From Chloropicon primus (taxonomy: Eukaryota), in the NCBI GenBank assembly GCA_023205875.1, contig CP060756.1:1426001-1490000 (forward strand): a stretch of DNA of 64,000 nt, given 5' to 3'. The first letter of the stretch is position 1, and each line of letters opens with the position of its first letter. The translations under genes and the position numbers were made by a program. Of the stretch, positions 21,575-31,211 are shown piece after piece. Under the pieces are notes generated by a model that saw nothing but the letters and a program-made list of their open reading frames with translations, did not search any database and had not been told where the DNA came from.

Positions 21575-23198
21575 TTAGGCTGCCGCAGTGAGGGCGGTGA
21601 CAAGGTCTTTCCATTGCTTGGCCTGCTCCTCTGCAAGGGCGGCCTGCTTGGAGGCCAAGCCTTCCAGGGTGTACAGGAGGTCCGTCTTCCTCTGGCCGTG
21701 GTAGGCCGCGACCTCCGTCTTCATCCTTTCCTTCATGAGATCGTACCTGTCGTTGGCCTCGTCAAGCTTCCTGGTTGATTCGTTGAGCCTCTGCTCGGCG
21801 TCGGAGAGCTTCTCCTCCTTCACCCCAGGAGTGGCCCTGAGCTTGGCCAAGGCGTTCTTCTTGCTCTCCACGGACGCCTTCTTGTCGTGCTGCCTCTGCA
21901 AGGCGGAGCTCCTGTCGGACATCACGGTCCTCAAGCTCTTCACGTGCCTCGAGTACTCCTTCATCGGCTCCACAAACTGCAAATCGAGGTCAGTCAAGAC
22001 GCCGCCGATAGTCTCGTCCTTGAGAAGCTTCTCGGCAACCTTGACGAACTGGCTGCCGACCTTGGAGCCCTCGTCCTCCTTCTCCCCCAGCTTGCTCAAG
22101 CCCTCCCCAAAGGCTTCCATGGCCTTGAAGAGCTTCCTCTGCCTGCTCGCGAGCTTGTCAGCGTGGGCGTACATCTCTCCCATGTGGGTCTCCAAGGCCT
22201 GGGCGTACGTCTTCACCTGGAGGTACTCGGGGTCCTCGGACTCGTCCGCGGTCTTTCCGGTGATCAGGGAGGTTGTGCTGCTGGCGACGCCCTTGAAGAA
22301 TTTCTTCGCACCGAGAAAGCCCTTCTTGACGGCGCCCGTGTCTGCGCTGGCGGAAGTCACCTCAAGCTGCCAGGCCGTCTCCGCGGCCTCCAGGAAGAAC
22401 TGGAGCTCAGAAGAGAACTTCAGGACGGGGTGGGCGCACAAGCGGTTCACGAAGACGTTGAGGGCGTGGCACCTCCTCTCAATGAAGTCGGTGCCCATGG
22501 AGTACTTCTGAATCACGTCCTTCTCAGGCAGTGGAGGCACGATGACTCCCGGGTTCTTCTCTCCCAGCTTCTTGCTGAGCCAGGCAAAGTCCCTGAACCT
22601 CCTGATCACCTCCACGTCCCGCTGGGCGTACTGGGGGAGGCTCGTCTCAGTGCTGACCCTGTAGCTCACATAAGCGCCGATGCCCTCCCCCTGCTTCACG
22701 GGGTCGTACACTTTGACGACCAGGTCCCCCGTCGTGGTGGGGCTCGTCGCCTGGCCAGGGGAGGCGACGGTCTCGTCCCCATCGCCGTTCTGGTTTTCGA
22801 TTTCGATTTCATTCCACCAAACAAGCAAGACGAAGACCAAGAAGAAGAAGAAGAAGAAGAAGTCAGTCCCGTTCTGCCTGCGGTCCTCGGCAGTCAAGTC
22901 GTCCCCACGAGCGAGCGAGCAAAAAGCAAAACCCTTCCGGCACCACTTTTCCTGCCAAGCGCAACCCCTCCCGCCCCTGGACACCTCCTCTCGCGTGGGC
23001 GCCCACGCCTCCGAGCCCCCGCCCCTTCGTCCGCCCAAGCGGTTCACCGCAACGGAGAACAACACACACGCGCGCGCGCGCGCGCATTGGAGGTTCCCTT
23101 CACTCGTGGGTTGGTTGTGTGTTTTCGTTTTGGTGGAGGTGACTTACATTTTGTCCGTCGATGACGACGCTGTCGTACGGCGGTGGTGGTGCGGCCAT
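21575..23198 (-). CDS. SNX1: Sorting nexin 1/Vps5 (PX + BAR), 2 exons: 23198-23148, 22789-21575
   Basis: PX motifs VIRRFRDFAWL, PPLPEK, FIERRCHAL; C-terminal BAR coiled coil; short first exon MAAPPPPYDSVVIDGQN with GTAAGT donor. Confidence 0.88.
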
Positions 23199-23505
23199 AC
23201 TCCTGGAAGACTGTTGCGCGTGTCCGTGTGAGTATTCCGTGTGCTCGCCTCTTTCAGTTGGCAAAGTGTCTTGGCGCAAGGTCTCTCCTCTCTCTCTCTC
23301 TCTCTCTGGGCCTGGGCTGGTTTAGGTTTTCTCATTTTCCCATCCATCGACATCACCGAGAGGCCCTGGGGGGGGGGGATGGAGGGAGGTCGTCCTTAGG
23401 AATGAGTGAATGGAGGGGTTGGGGGTAAATGTATATATATATTTATGTGTGTGTGTGTGTGTGTGTTCATAGGATATGGTTATGGTACTGTTCAGGTTTA
23501 AGTGT

Positions 23506-25527
23506 TCAATCGTCCGCCGCGTCAAAGACAAAGTAGTTGCCAGCCTTCTTTTGTTCCTGGTCCTGCTGACTTCCCCTCTTGTTGACGCGGGGCCTATAGT
23601 TCTCAGGGTCCCTCCTCAGGGTGACGTCCAGCTGGTTGAGGAACCTGTTGAAGCCGCCCACGAGGCCGACGGGCGTCCTGGCCGTGCACTCCACTCCGGG
23701 CCTTCCCTCGTAGAGGACGACCTTGTCCGAAAGAGCCGAGGCCATGACGAAATCGTGCTCCACGACCATGGCCATCTTTCCCAAGTGGTTCACCACCCAC
23801 CTCCTAATCACCTTTGCGGTTTGGACTCTCTGCTCGCAATCGAGGCCGGCGGAGGGCTCATCGAGGAGGTACACGTTCGCCTTCTGGGCGAGGCACATGG
23901 CGATGGCCACCCTCTGAAGCTCACCACCACTCAGGTCGCACACGTTCAGCTCCCACAAGGCAGGAATGGATAGGGGGTTCATGACCATGAGCCTGAAAAG
24001 CCTGTCGCTGCAGGCGTGGTTCACGTACTTCTCGAAGAGGAACTGGGTGGTTCCCCTGAACTTCCTCAGCTTTGGCGCGTACACCTGAGGCTTGTAGGCC
24101 ACGCCGATGTCTCGGAAGCTGCCCTCGTGGGTCTGGGATCTGTTGCCCTCCTCGTCCTTGGGGTCAAACTTTCCGGAGAGGAGTTCCATGAAGGTCGTCT
24201 TACCGCTACCGTTCTGCCCCAACAAGCCAACGCAGTCGTTTCCGGTGAAGGTACCAGCCTCCACGTGCAAGGTGAAGGACTTGCCCTTACCCTTACCGAG
24301 AGTCTTGCTCATGTCCGGGTAGTTGATGCCCAGCTTCTTGTTGGACTTCTCCCTCGCCGCGTCGTTCTCAGCGCCCTCTCCTCCCTCACCACCTCCCCTC
24401 ACCGCAAAGGTGATCGCCTCTTGCCTGAACCTCATGTTCTCCGCAGGGAAGTAGCCGGCGAGGTAGTTGTTGATTCCCACGGTGTTGGTGGCAATCTTGG
24501 TGACCACTCCGTAGGCTCCGGGCTCTCCATACAAGCAGTTGACGTAGTCCGCCATGTAATCCAGGACAGCCAAATCGTGCTCCACCACGATGACGTACTT
24601 TGGCCTGTCGCCCTCCCCCTTGAGGGACGCGAGCTCCCTGATGACCTCGGTCGCCTCGATCCTCTGCTTAATGTCCAAGAAGGAAGAAGCCTCGTCGAAG
24701 ATGTAGACGTCCGCTTCCCTGGCAGCCACGGCGCAGATGGCGAACCTCTGCAGCTCACCGCCGGAGAGCTGCTGGACCTCCCTCTCCAGGAGGTGGTCGA
24801 TCGTCAAGGCCTTGGTCAGGTGCTTGAGAGCACCCCTGTCGTCGCACCGCTCCAGAATCTCCCCCACGACCTTTCCCTTGGCAAACTTGGACACGAAGTC
24901 CACGTCCAGCTGCACCTTGGTCACCACCTTCAAGTCGTCCTCCAGCAGCTTGGTCAGGTAGGTCTGCAAGTCGCTTCCCCTGTGGTACGTCACGATGTCC
25001 TGCCAGGAAGGAGGGTCCTCAAAGTTGCCCAAGTTCGGCTTGAGCTTTCCCGCCAGGACCTTCAGGGCAGTCGACTTTCCGATTCCGTTCGAACCCAGGA
25101 GACCGACAACGTAGCCCGCCCTCGGGGAGGGGAGTCCGTGGAGCTTGAACCCGTTGGGCCCGTAGCGGTGGATGATGCCCGTCTTCAGGTCGTTTGGGAG
25201 GTTGACTATCTTGATGGCGTTTCCTGGGCACTTCTTGGCTCTCGTGAGGCAGGCCGCGCACGCGTCCTCGGATATCACAATACGCACCTTGGGCACCGGG
25301 TTCCCGTTCTCGTCCGTGTCCTGCTTTGGGAATCCTGGCATGCCCTGCCTCTGCACCTGAATGCAGTCTGTCCTGCACTGCTGTGCAATCCTTTGCAGAA
25401 ACATGAACGGTTCTGTCCCTGGTTTGCACTTGTTTTGGTCTAGCACAAGCATACGTTTTTTTTCCATCCCGCTTCCATCTCCTTTCCTCTCGAGGCCCTT
25501 TGCCCCTCCCTTTCCCTTCTTCCCCAT
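23506..25527 (-). CDS. ABCE: ABCE/RLI-family ABC ATPase (ribosome recycling factor-like) with degenerate Fe-S domain
   Basis: Walker A GSNGIGKST and GQNGSGKTT, two LSGGELQR signatures, H-loops VVEHD, C-terminal RRDPENYRPRVNK...DQEQKKAGNYF. Confidence 0.92.
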   Translation of the reverse strand: MGKKGKGGAKGLERKGDGSGMEKKRMLVLDQNKCKPGTEPFMFLQRIAQQCRTDCIQVQRQGMPGFPKQDTDENGNPVPKVRIVISEDACAACLTRAKKCPGNAIKIVNLPNDLKTGIIHRYGPNGFKLHGLPSPRAGYVVGLLGSNGIGKSTALKVLAGKLKPNLGNFEDPPSWQDIVTYHRGSDLQTYLTKLLEDDLKVVTKVQLDVDFVSKFAKGKVVGEILERCDDRGALKHLTKALTIDHLLEREVQQLSGGELQRFAICAVAAREADVYIFDEASSFLDIKQRIEATEVIRELASLKGEGDRPKYVIVVEHDLAVLDYMADYVNCLYGEPGAYGVVTKIATNTVGINNYLAGYFPAENMRFRQEAITFAVRGGGEGGEGAENDAAREKSNKKLGINYPDMSKTLGKGKGKSFTLHVEAGTFTGNDCVGLLGQNGSGKTTFMELLSGKFDPKDEEGNRSQTHEGSFRDIGVAYKPQVYAPKLRKFRGTTQFLFEKYVNHACSDRLFRLMVMNPLSIPALWELNVCDLSGGELQRVAIAMCLAQKANVYLLDEPSAGLDCEQRVQTAKVIRRWVVNHLGKMAMVVEHDFVMASALSDKVVLYEGRPGVECTARTPVGLVGGFNRFLNQLDVTLRRDPENYRPRVNKRGSQQDQEQKKAGNYFVFDAADD

Positions 25528-25748
25528 CTTGTCGTCCTCCAGGTCCAGGTCCAGGTCAAGTCGTCCTCCTGTGTGTGTTCTGTGCTCTTCCTCTTTGTTG
25601 TTGTTGTTGTTGTGTTGGGTTCCCCTCGTTGGTTCCCTCCTCGTTCGAGCGCCGCCTTCTTCAGGAGGAAATTCGGGTGATGACATTTTCCCATTCCCAT
25701 TTGGAAATGTCAGGAGAGGAGAGGAGGAGGAGGAGGACACAACCGGGG

Positions 25749-25820
25749 GGACAGGGAGGAGGAAAGGGAGGAGGACAGGGAGGAGGAAAGGGAGGAGGAC
25801 AGGGAGGAGGAAAGGGAGGA
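25749..25820. repeat. 24-bp tandem repeat x3 (ggacagggaggaggaaagggagga) in the ABCE/VPS3 divergent spacer
   Basis: Three exact consecutive copies. Confidence 0.85.
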
Positions 25821-25984
25821 AAGGGAGGGAGGGAAGCGACGTCGACAGGAACAGGAACAGGACTGGGAACAGGGATTGGGAACAGGGATTGGGAGGAAGG
25901 AAGAGACGGGGAGAAGGGAGGGGGAGGGAGGGGAACACCAACACCAACACCAACACCAACACCAAGGAGGAGGGGAGGGACGGG

Positions 25985-28918
25985 ATGCAGAGGAAGGTGT
26001 TTGAGCTGGCGCAGGAGCAGTACACGAAGGCAGGGGGAGGGGTGACCGCGCTGGCGTGCTCGACGGTGACCAGGGACGATGGGCAAACAACGCAGACGTG
26101 GAGGAGGGACGCGACCGCGAACACCAGCGAGGGGGCCACGTCGAGCGAGGACGTCAAGCAACTGCTCGTGGGATTGAATGACGGGAGGGTCGAGGAGTAC
26201 CGGTTCGACACAAAGCGGCAGGGCTCGAACCTCGAGCTGTACAGGACGGTGAAGGTTGGGAAGAAAAGCATCGATCAGGTGTGCGTCATATCCTCGGGGT
26301 CGTCCAAGGCCCTGTGCGCCTTGTCGGGCGGAGTCCTGTGGCTCCTTCCGAGCGACGACTCGGGCGCCTCCCCAACGCAGGTCAAGGCGGGGGCTCTGAG
26401 GGGCCTGTTCTACATCGCCCAGGACCTGTGCAACTTGGAGTGCAGGAACCTTTTGGGACTGTGCAAGACCTCCCTGGCGCCGGGGCTGCCGAAGAAGTTG
26501 AAGCTCGTCTTCCTCGAGGTCGGGAGCTTCGCGCCGGGGGGCGCCGCTCAGTTCCACGTGCTCCACGAGCAAGTGATCGACGCCAAGGACGTGGTCCCGT
26601 CTTCCGCGCATGTTCGGGAGGCCGTTTGGTACGGCGACTCGGTGCTGCTGAGGACGGACAAGAATTACGTCCAGTTCAGCTTGTCCACAGGGGTGGCCAG
26701 GGAAATATTCGCGCACAACAACAAGGGTAAGGGCGCCAAGGGTCAGCAGGCGGGAGGCCTCTTCTCCGGGGGGTCCGCCCAGGACCAGGGGGGCAACGAG
26801 GTCTGCGCTCACCAGTACATGATTCCGATCGTGGAGCAGAAACAAACTATCCTCCTGGTGGAGGACATAGGCACCATCGTGAACATGGCCGGGGAGCCGA
26901 CGGGATCGATGGTTCAGTTCCCCATAGAGCCCATGGCTATCCACGCCATGTGCTTCCCTTACCTGCTCGCCGTCTTCGCAAAGTCTGTGTACGTGTACGA
27001 CATCCGCAAGGACCTGAGGGACGCCCACGTGCAGACCATCCCCTTCAGCAACTACTTTTTGAGCCCCACAAAGGTGGACAGGGTGCCGGTGACGTCGTGG
27101 ACGAGCGTGACGCCTTCGGGTGAGAACCAGATCTTCATCATGGTGGGCCACAGCGACATGCTCCTGTTCCTTTCCCAGACCCCGCTGGAGGAGCAGTGCA
27201 AGGAGATGCTCAGGGCGAGCAAGTTCCAAGAGTGCCTGCAGATCGCTTACACCAGCCAGCTCCCGAAGTACAGGGAGTACCTGATAGAGTTCTCCTGTGC
27301 GGAGGCAGCGTTTCTGCTGATCGAGAGGCTGGAGTTCTCCCGCGCGCTGGAGTTCCTCGGGGAGTGCCAAGAGTTCGAGCCCAACCAGCTCTTCCCCCTT
27401 TTCCCGGAATACACCAAGCCCTGGAAGACTCAGGTGAAGAGAAAGCGGTACTGGAGCATGCACCCTCCGCTGTGCTCGCTGGAGGACCTCGTGGGGAGGG
27501 CGACCAACAATGAGGGAGCGGGGGGCGCTCATGCGCTGCCGGACCGAGAGATCAAGGTTGCGATCGTCGACTTCGTGCTCGAGCTGCGGGCCAGGACGGG
27601 GGAGGGGGAGGAGACCGTGTTGGCGGACGGCGTGGACACGCTCTTGGCTCACCTCTTGCTCGACGTGGAAGACGTCAAGGGCCTGGAAGCCCTTTGCAAA
27701 GGACCGAACAAAGTTTTGATCCCCGAGGTTGAGAAGAGGTTCTGCTCCTCGGGAAGGATCCACGCCCTGGCCCTGCTTCGAGAGAGCCAGGGGGACTGCT
27801 TTGGCGCCGCCGAGCTGTGGACGAGCCTGTCCGAGGGCAAGCGGAGCGAGCTGCCGACTCCCGGCGCCTTCTTGACCGGCAAATCCCTCGGCGACGCCGT
27901 GTCCCTCGAACTGGCGAGGGTGGTGAAAAGGTCTGGACCTGGGGCCAGGGTTACGGGCACCTTTCTGCCCTGGCTCATGGACAGGTCCGTCGAAGTGAGC
28001 CTCAAGCTCCTGGCGGACATCTCCCTTCCGGTGGGGGAGACCATGGCGATGGTGAACGAGACGAAGCGGACCAGCTGCCGGTGGAGGTACCTCGATTTCG
28101 TGGTGAACGTCCAGGGGAGCACCGACCCCATGCACCACTCGGAGTTCGCCCTCTCGATGGTGAACCTGTGGAAGTCTCTCGAGTCCGGGGAGGGGGAGGC
28201 GGAGGAGGTTGGTGGGGCGACGGCGGAGGAGGTGTGCACCCGGCTCCAGGACTTCTTGGAGCACTCGGACTACTACAACACCCAGGCCGCGATCTCGGCG
28301 CTCAAAGGCACGACCCTGTGGCGGGAGCAGGTCATCGTGAACAAGAAGATCGGGAACCACAAGGAGGCCTTGCACATCCTGACCTTTGTGATCGGGGACA
28401 GCGAGGCGGGGGTGTCGTACTGCGAGGATCTCGGTTCCCAGGAGGGGTACTTGACCCTGCTGGACATGCTCCTCAACCCGGAGACCGGCCCGCCCCTGTA
28501 CGGCGAGGCGGTCCGCCTGCTGAGCTCCAAGGGCGCGTCCCTCAACCCGCTCAAGGTCCTGGACTCCCTGTCGGACAAGATGCCGATGCCCCTGGCCTAC
28601 GAGACCCTGGCCAGGATGCTCCGGGAGCGCCAGCACCGGAAGAGGAGCGGCCAGGTCCTCAAGGGCCTGGCTCGGGCGAACGAGCTCTCGGTCGCGCAGC
28701 AGAGGGTGGTCTCCCTCTCCGAGCACGTCGAGATGACCGCCGACCGGGCCTGCCGGGTGTGCAACATCAGGATCGGCACCAAGGTCTTCGGCCTTTACCC
28801 GAACGGCGTTCTGGTCTGCTACCGTTGCATGATGAGGTCGGGCAAGGACGCCCAGCACGTCTGCCCGGTCACGGGGAGGGACTTCAGCAAGGAGGAGGGG
28901 TGGGGGGACTGTATTTGA
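25985..28918 (+). CDS. VPS3: Vps3/TGFBRAP1 (Vam6/Vps39 family) CORVET subunit; CNH domain plus C-terminal zinc finger
   Basis: CNH-like N-terminus, VDTLL Vps39_1 region, C-terminal CRVCNIRIGTKVFGLYPNGVLVCYRC...VTGRDF as in plant VPS3. Confidence 0.82.
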   Translation: MQRKVFELAQEQYTKAGGGVTALACSTVTRDDGQTTQTWRRDATANTSEGATSSEDVKQLLVGLNDGRVEEYRFDTKRQGSNLELYRTVKVGKKSIDQVCVISSGSSKALCALSGGVLWLLPSDDSGASPTQVKAGALRGLFYIAQDLCNLECRNLLGLCKTSLAPGLPKKLKLVFLEVGSFAPGGAAQFHVLHEQVIDAKDVVPSSAHVREAVWYGDSVLLRTDKNYVQFSLSTGVAREIFAHNNKGKGAKGQQAGGLFSGGSAQDQGGNEVCAHQYMIPIVEQKQTILLVEDIGTIVNMAGEPTGSMVQFPIEPMAIHAMCFPYLLAVFAKSVYVYDIRKDLRDAHVQTIPFSNYFLSPTKVDRVPVTSWTSVTPSGENQIFIMVGHSDMLLFLSQTPLEEQCKEMLRASKFQECLQIAYTSQLPKYREYLIEFSCAEAAFLLIERLEFSRALEFLGECQEFEPNQLFPLFPEYTKPWKTQVKRKRYWSMHPPLCSLEDLVGRATNNEGAGGAHALPDREIKVAIVDFVLELRARTGEGEETVLADGVDTLLAHLLLDVEDVKGLEALCKGPNKVLIPEVEKRFCSSGRIHALALLRESQGDCFGAAELWTSLSEGKRSELPTPGAFLTGKSLGDAVSLELARVVKRSGPGARVTGTFLPWLMDRSVEVSLKLLADISLPVGETMAMVNETKRTSCRWRYLDFVVNVQGSTDPMHHSEFALSMVNLWKSLESGEGEAEEVGGATAEEVCTRLQDFLEHSDYYNTQAAISALKGTTLWREQVIVNKKIGNHKEALHILTFVIGDSEAGVSYCEDLGSQEGYLTLLDMLLNPETGPPLYGEAVRLLSSKGASLNPLKVLDSLSDKMPMPLAYETLARMLRERQHRKRSGQVLKGLARANELSVAQQRVVSLSEHVEMTADRACRVCNIRIGTKVFGLYPNGVLVCYRCMMRSGKDAQHVCPVTGRDFSKEEGWGDCI

Positions 28919-29030
28919 TGACTTTTTGTACGACGAATGGAATGATATATTTTTGTAATGATACAATCAATAGTGGATTGAAGAATGATGACGCACAAGT
29001 TAAGTTCTTCTTTGATATATCTTATTGCTG

Positions 29031-29615
29031 CTATTGCTGCCCGAGGGACTCGCTGGCGGACTCCCCGTCGGGCTGGCACCGCTCGGACCCCACGCGCCAC
29101 CTCTCGTCCAGCGTCCCCAGAGCGCACGAGAAGGGCGGCTTCCCCAGCTTGTCGTTCACCAGGTTGTGCTGCTCGCACACCCAGACCGAGAAGGCCGCCC
29201 TGGACTCCAGCCTCGGGGGCTTGGCCTCGACCTCCCTGGCGAAGTCCTCCCTGCAGTGCGCGCACGGGTAGAGGTGCGCCAGCCCCCTGACCAGGTCCCC
29301 GGCCCTCTCCGCGTCCCTCGGGGTGGGCCTCGCGGGGTAGTAGGCCGCCACCGTGTGCAGCAGACCCCACGTCCTCGCCCCGAGCTCCTCCCTGTCCAGC
29401 GGGCACGACGACGACGACGACGACGCCGCCAGGAGTTCCCTGTGCCGGTGGTAGGCCCTCACGAGTTCCTCCTTGGAGTCCTTCGTGTTGGTGTTGGTGT
29501 TGGTGTTGGTGTTGTTTGTTGTATTCTTTATGTTTGATTGTTTGTGTGTCCTGTTCCTGAGTGTATTGAAGAGGTCCACCTTAGACCTACACACCCTCTC
29601 CTCGCACTCCTCCAT
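29031..29615 (-). CDS. ERV1: ERV1/ALR FAD-linked sulfhydryl oxidase
   Basis: CPLDREELGARTWGLLHT, YPCAHC redox CxxC, WVCEQHNLVNDKLGKPPFSC, ERW. Confidence 0.92.
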   Translation of the reverse strand: MEECEERVCRSKVDLFNTLRNRTHKQSNIKNTTNNTNTNTNTNTKDSKEELVRAYHRHRELLAASSSSSSCPLDREELGARTWGLLHTVAAYYPARPTPRDAERAGDLVRGLAHLYPCAHCREDFAREVEAKPPRLESRAAFSVWVCEQHNLVNDKLGKPPFSCALGTLDERWRVGSERCQPDGESASESLGQQ

Positions 29616-29977
29616 CCCTCCCAAGCCCAAGGCCAACCCAGTGCGCTCCTCGTCCTCCTCGTCCCCCCTCGTCCTCGTGGGGTGGGGAAAATGTCGATAT
29701 TTCCGTTGATGGATCCTGATTTTTTTCTTTTTTATTTTGATTTTGAACTGAAGCGCGAACCCAGGGAAAGGCGGGAACTGTGTGGAATGTAGATTTCCCC
29801 TCTTGAGGAAGCCTGACGTTACAAATCCTCCGGACACAAACAAAAGAGAAGAAAAAGAGAGAACGAGAGAGAGGGAGAACGACACGAACCCTTGCTCGCC
29901 CGAGAGCAACACAACACGCGACCACCACCAACACCACGACGGAAAGGATAAGAGACATCCCTTGACTTGAAACCAGG

Positions 29978-30424
29978 ATGCCAAGAACGCCAGCAAGGAA
30001 GACGAAGAAGGCCGCACCGAGCCACCCACCGTATGCGGACATGGTCAAGGCAGCCATCGTGGCGCTCAAGGACAGAACAGGATCGAGTGCGGTGGCCATC
30101 GCCAAGTACTTGGACGGGAACTACAAGTTGCCAGATACCTACAAGAAGTCGCTCTCGCTGACGCTCAAGAAGCTCGTCGAGAGCGGGAAGCTCGTCAAGG
30201 TCAAGGCGTCGTACAAGTTGGGTTCCCTCAAGACCGAGCCCAAGAAGAAGGTCGTGAAGAAGAAGCCTGCGGCGAAGAAGAAGACCACCGCGGCCAAGAA
30301 GAAGACCGCACCCAAGAAGAAGGTCGCCAAGAAGCCAAAGAAGCCTGCCGCCAAGAAGCCAAAGAAGGCCGCACCAAAGAAGAAGACCGCCGCGAAGAAG
30401 AAAATTGTCAAGAGAAAGAAGTAG
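29978..30424 (+). CDS. H1: Linker histone H1
   Basis: Globular domain HPPYADMVKAAIVALKDRTGSS...GKLVKVKASYKL plus Lys/Ala/Pro-rich tail. Confidence 0.95.
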   Translation: MPRTPARKTKKAAPSHPPYADMVKAAIVALKDRTGSSAVAIAKYLDGNYKLPDTYKKSLSLTLKKLVESGKLVKVKASYKLGSLKTEPKKKVVKKKPAAKKKTTAAKKKTAPKKKVAKKPKKPAAKKPKKAAPKKKTAAKKKIVKRKK

Positions 30425-31211
30425 ACTCCTTCCTTCGCCTGCAAGCGATGGAGACCGCCGTTGTGCAGTCCTGGTCTGTATAAGTTTTCCATATCACAAA
30501 TGTAATCCAAATTCGAGCTTCAAGATAAAGAGGCAAGGAACGGGCGACGAGGACGACGACCGCTCTTCTTCTCCCGGTGGTGTCGCGCAAAAGTCAGCCT
30601 CCCTCCCTCCCTCTCCCTCTCCGCGCGTGTGTGTCTCCCTGCCGGCGTGCGGGAGGGCAGGAGGGACCCGAACAGCCCCGATCCAACGGTTCCAGCGCGG
30701 GAGGAACGTGGGTCGACGACCCGAACTCTGCGGGAGGGGACGCCGAGAGACCGGCACGACTCGTCGCCCTCCGTGCACGAACAAGGAATGCCCGAATCGC
30801 AATTACGCCACCACGCTCGTGAATCATGACAAATAAGTGAGGCAGGGTCCATTGCTCCCCCGACCCCCGTCCTCATCCCCCCCACACACACACACCACCA
30901 CCGCCACCAGTGGTCCACCACCCATGAGAGATCCTCATCATCATCACAGGACACGAAAGGCATCGAAAATCCAACACAGAGGGATTCCAACATTAACATA
31001 ACAACCCAAGATCGCCTCTCCCCCCTCTTCTCTGCCTCCTTTCCTCTCCCAACCCACTGCATTACCCTCCAACGCCGCCGTCCCTCTCTCCTCATCCAGG
31101 CCGTGACCGTGACTCCATTTTGGAGATCGAGCGGAGCTGCAGCAAGAAAAGTGAAACGGCTGCAGAGGAGGGGACAGAGAGTACAAGAGACCCGACGCCA
31201 CGACGACGACG

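Noticed and set aside
21043..21578. Short ORFs and an intron-like GTAAG...CAG between BIG and SNX1
   Set aside because: No in-frame model with a plausible product; more likely promoter/UTR sequence
25528..25984. Apparent overlap of the ABCE and VPS3 ORFs via long N-terminal extensions
   Set aside because: The extensions are translated microsatellite or low-complexity spacer; homology begins at ATG 25527 and ATG 25985
30425..30510. Histone 3' stem-loop after H1
   Set aside because: No canonical 6-bp stem/4-nt loop seen; a TGTAA green-algal polyadenylation-type signal is present instead
30540..30830. GC-rich self-complementary stretch between H1 and P450 copy 1
   Set aside because: Short pairings are expected by chance at this GC content; no recognisable RNA motif or credible ORF
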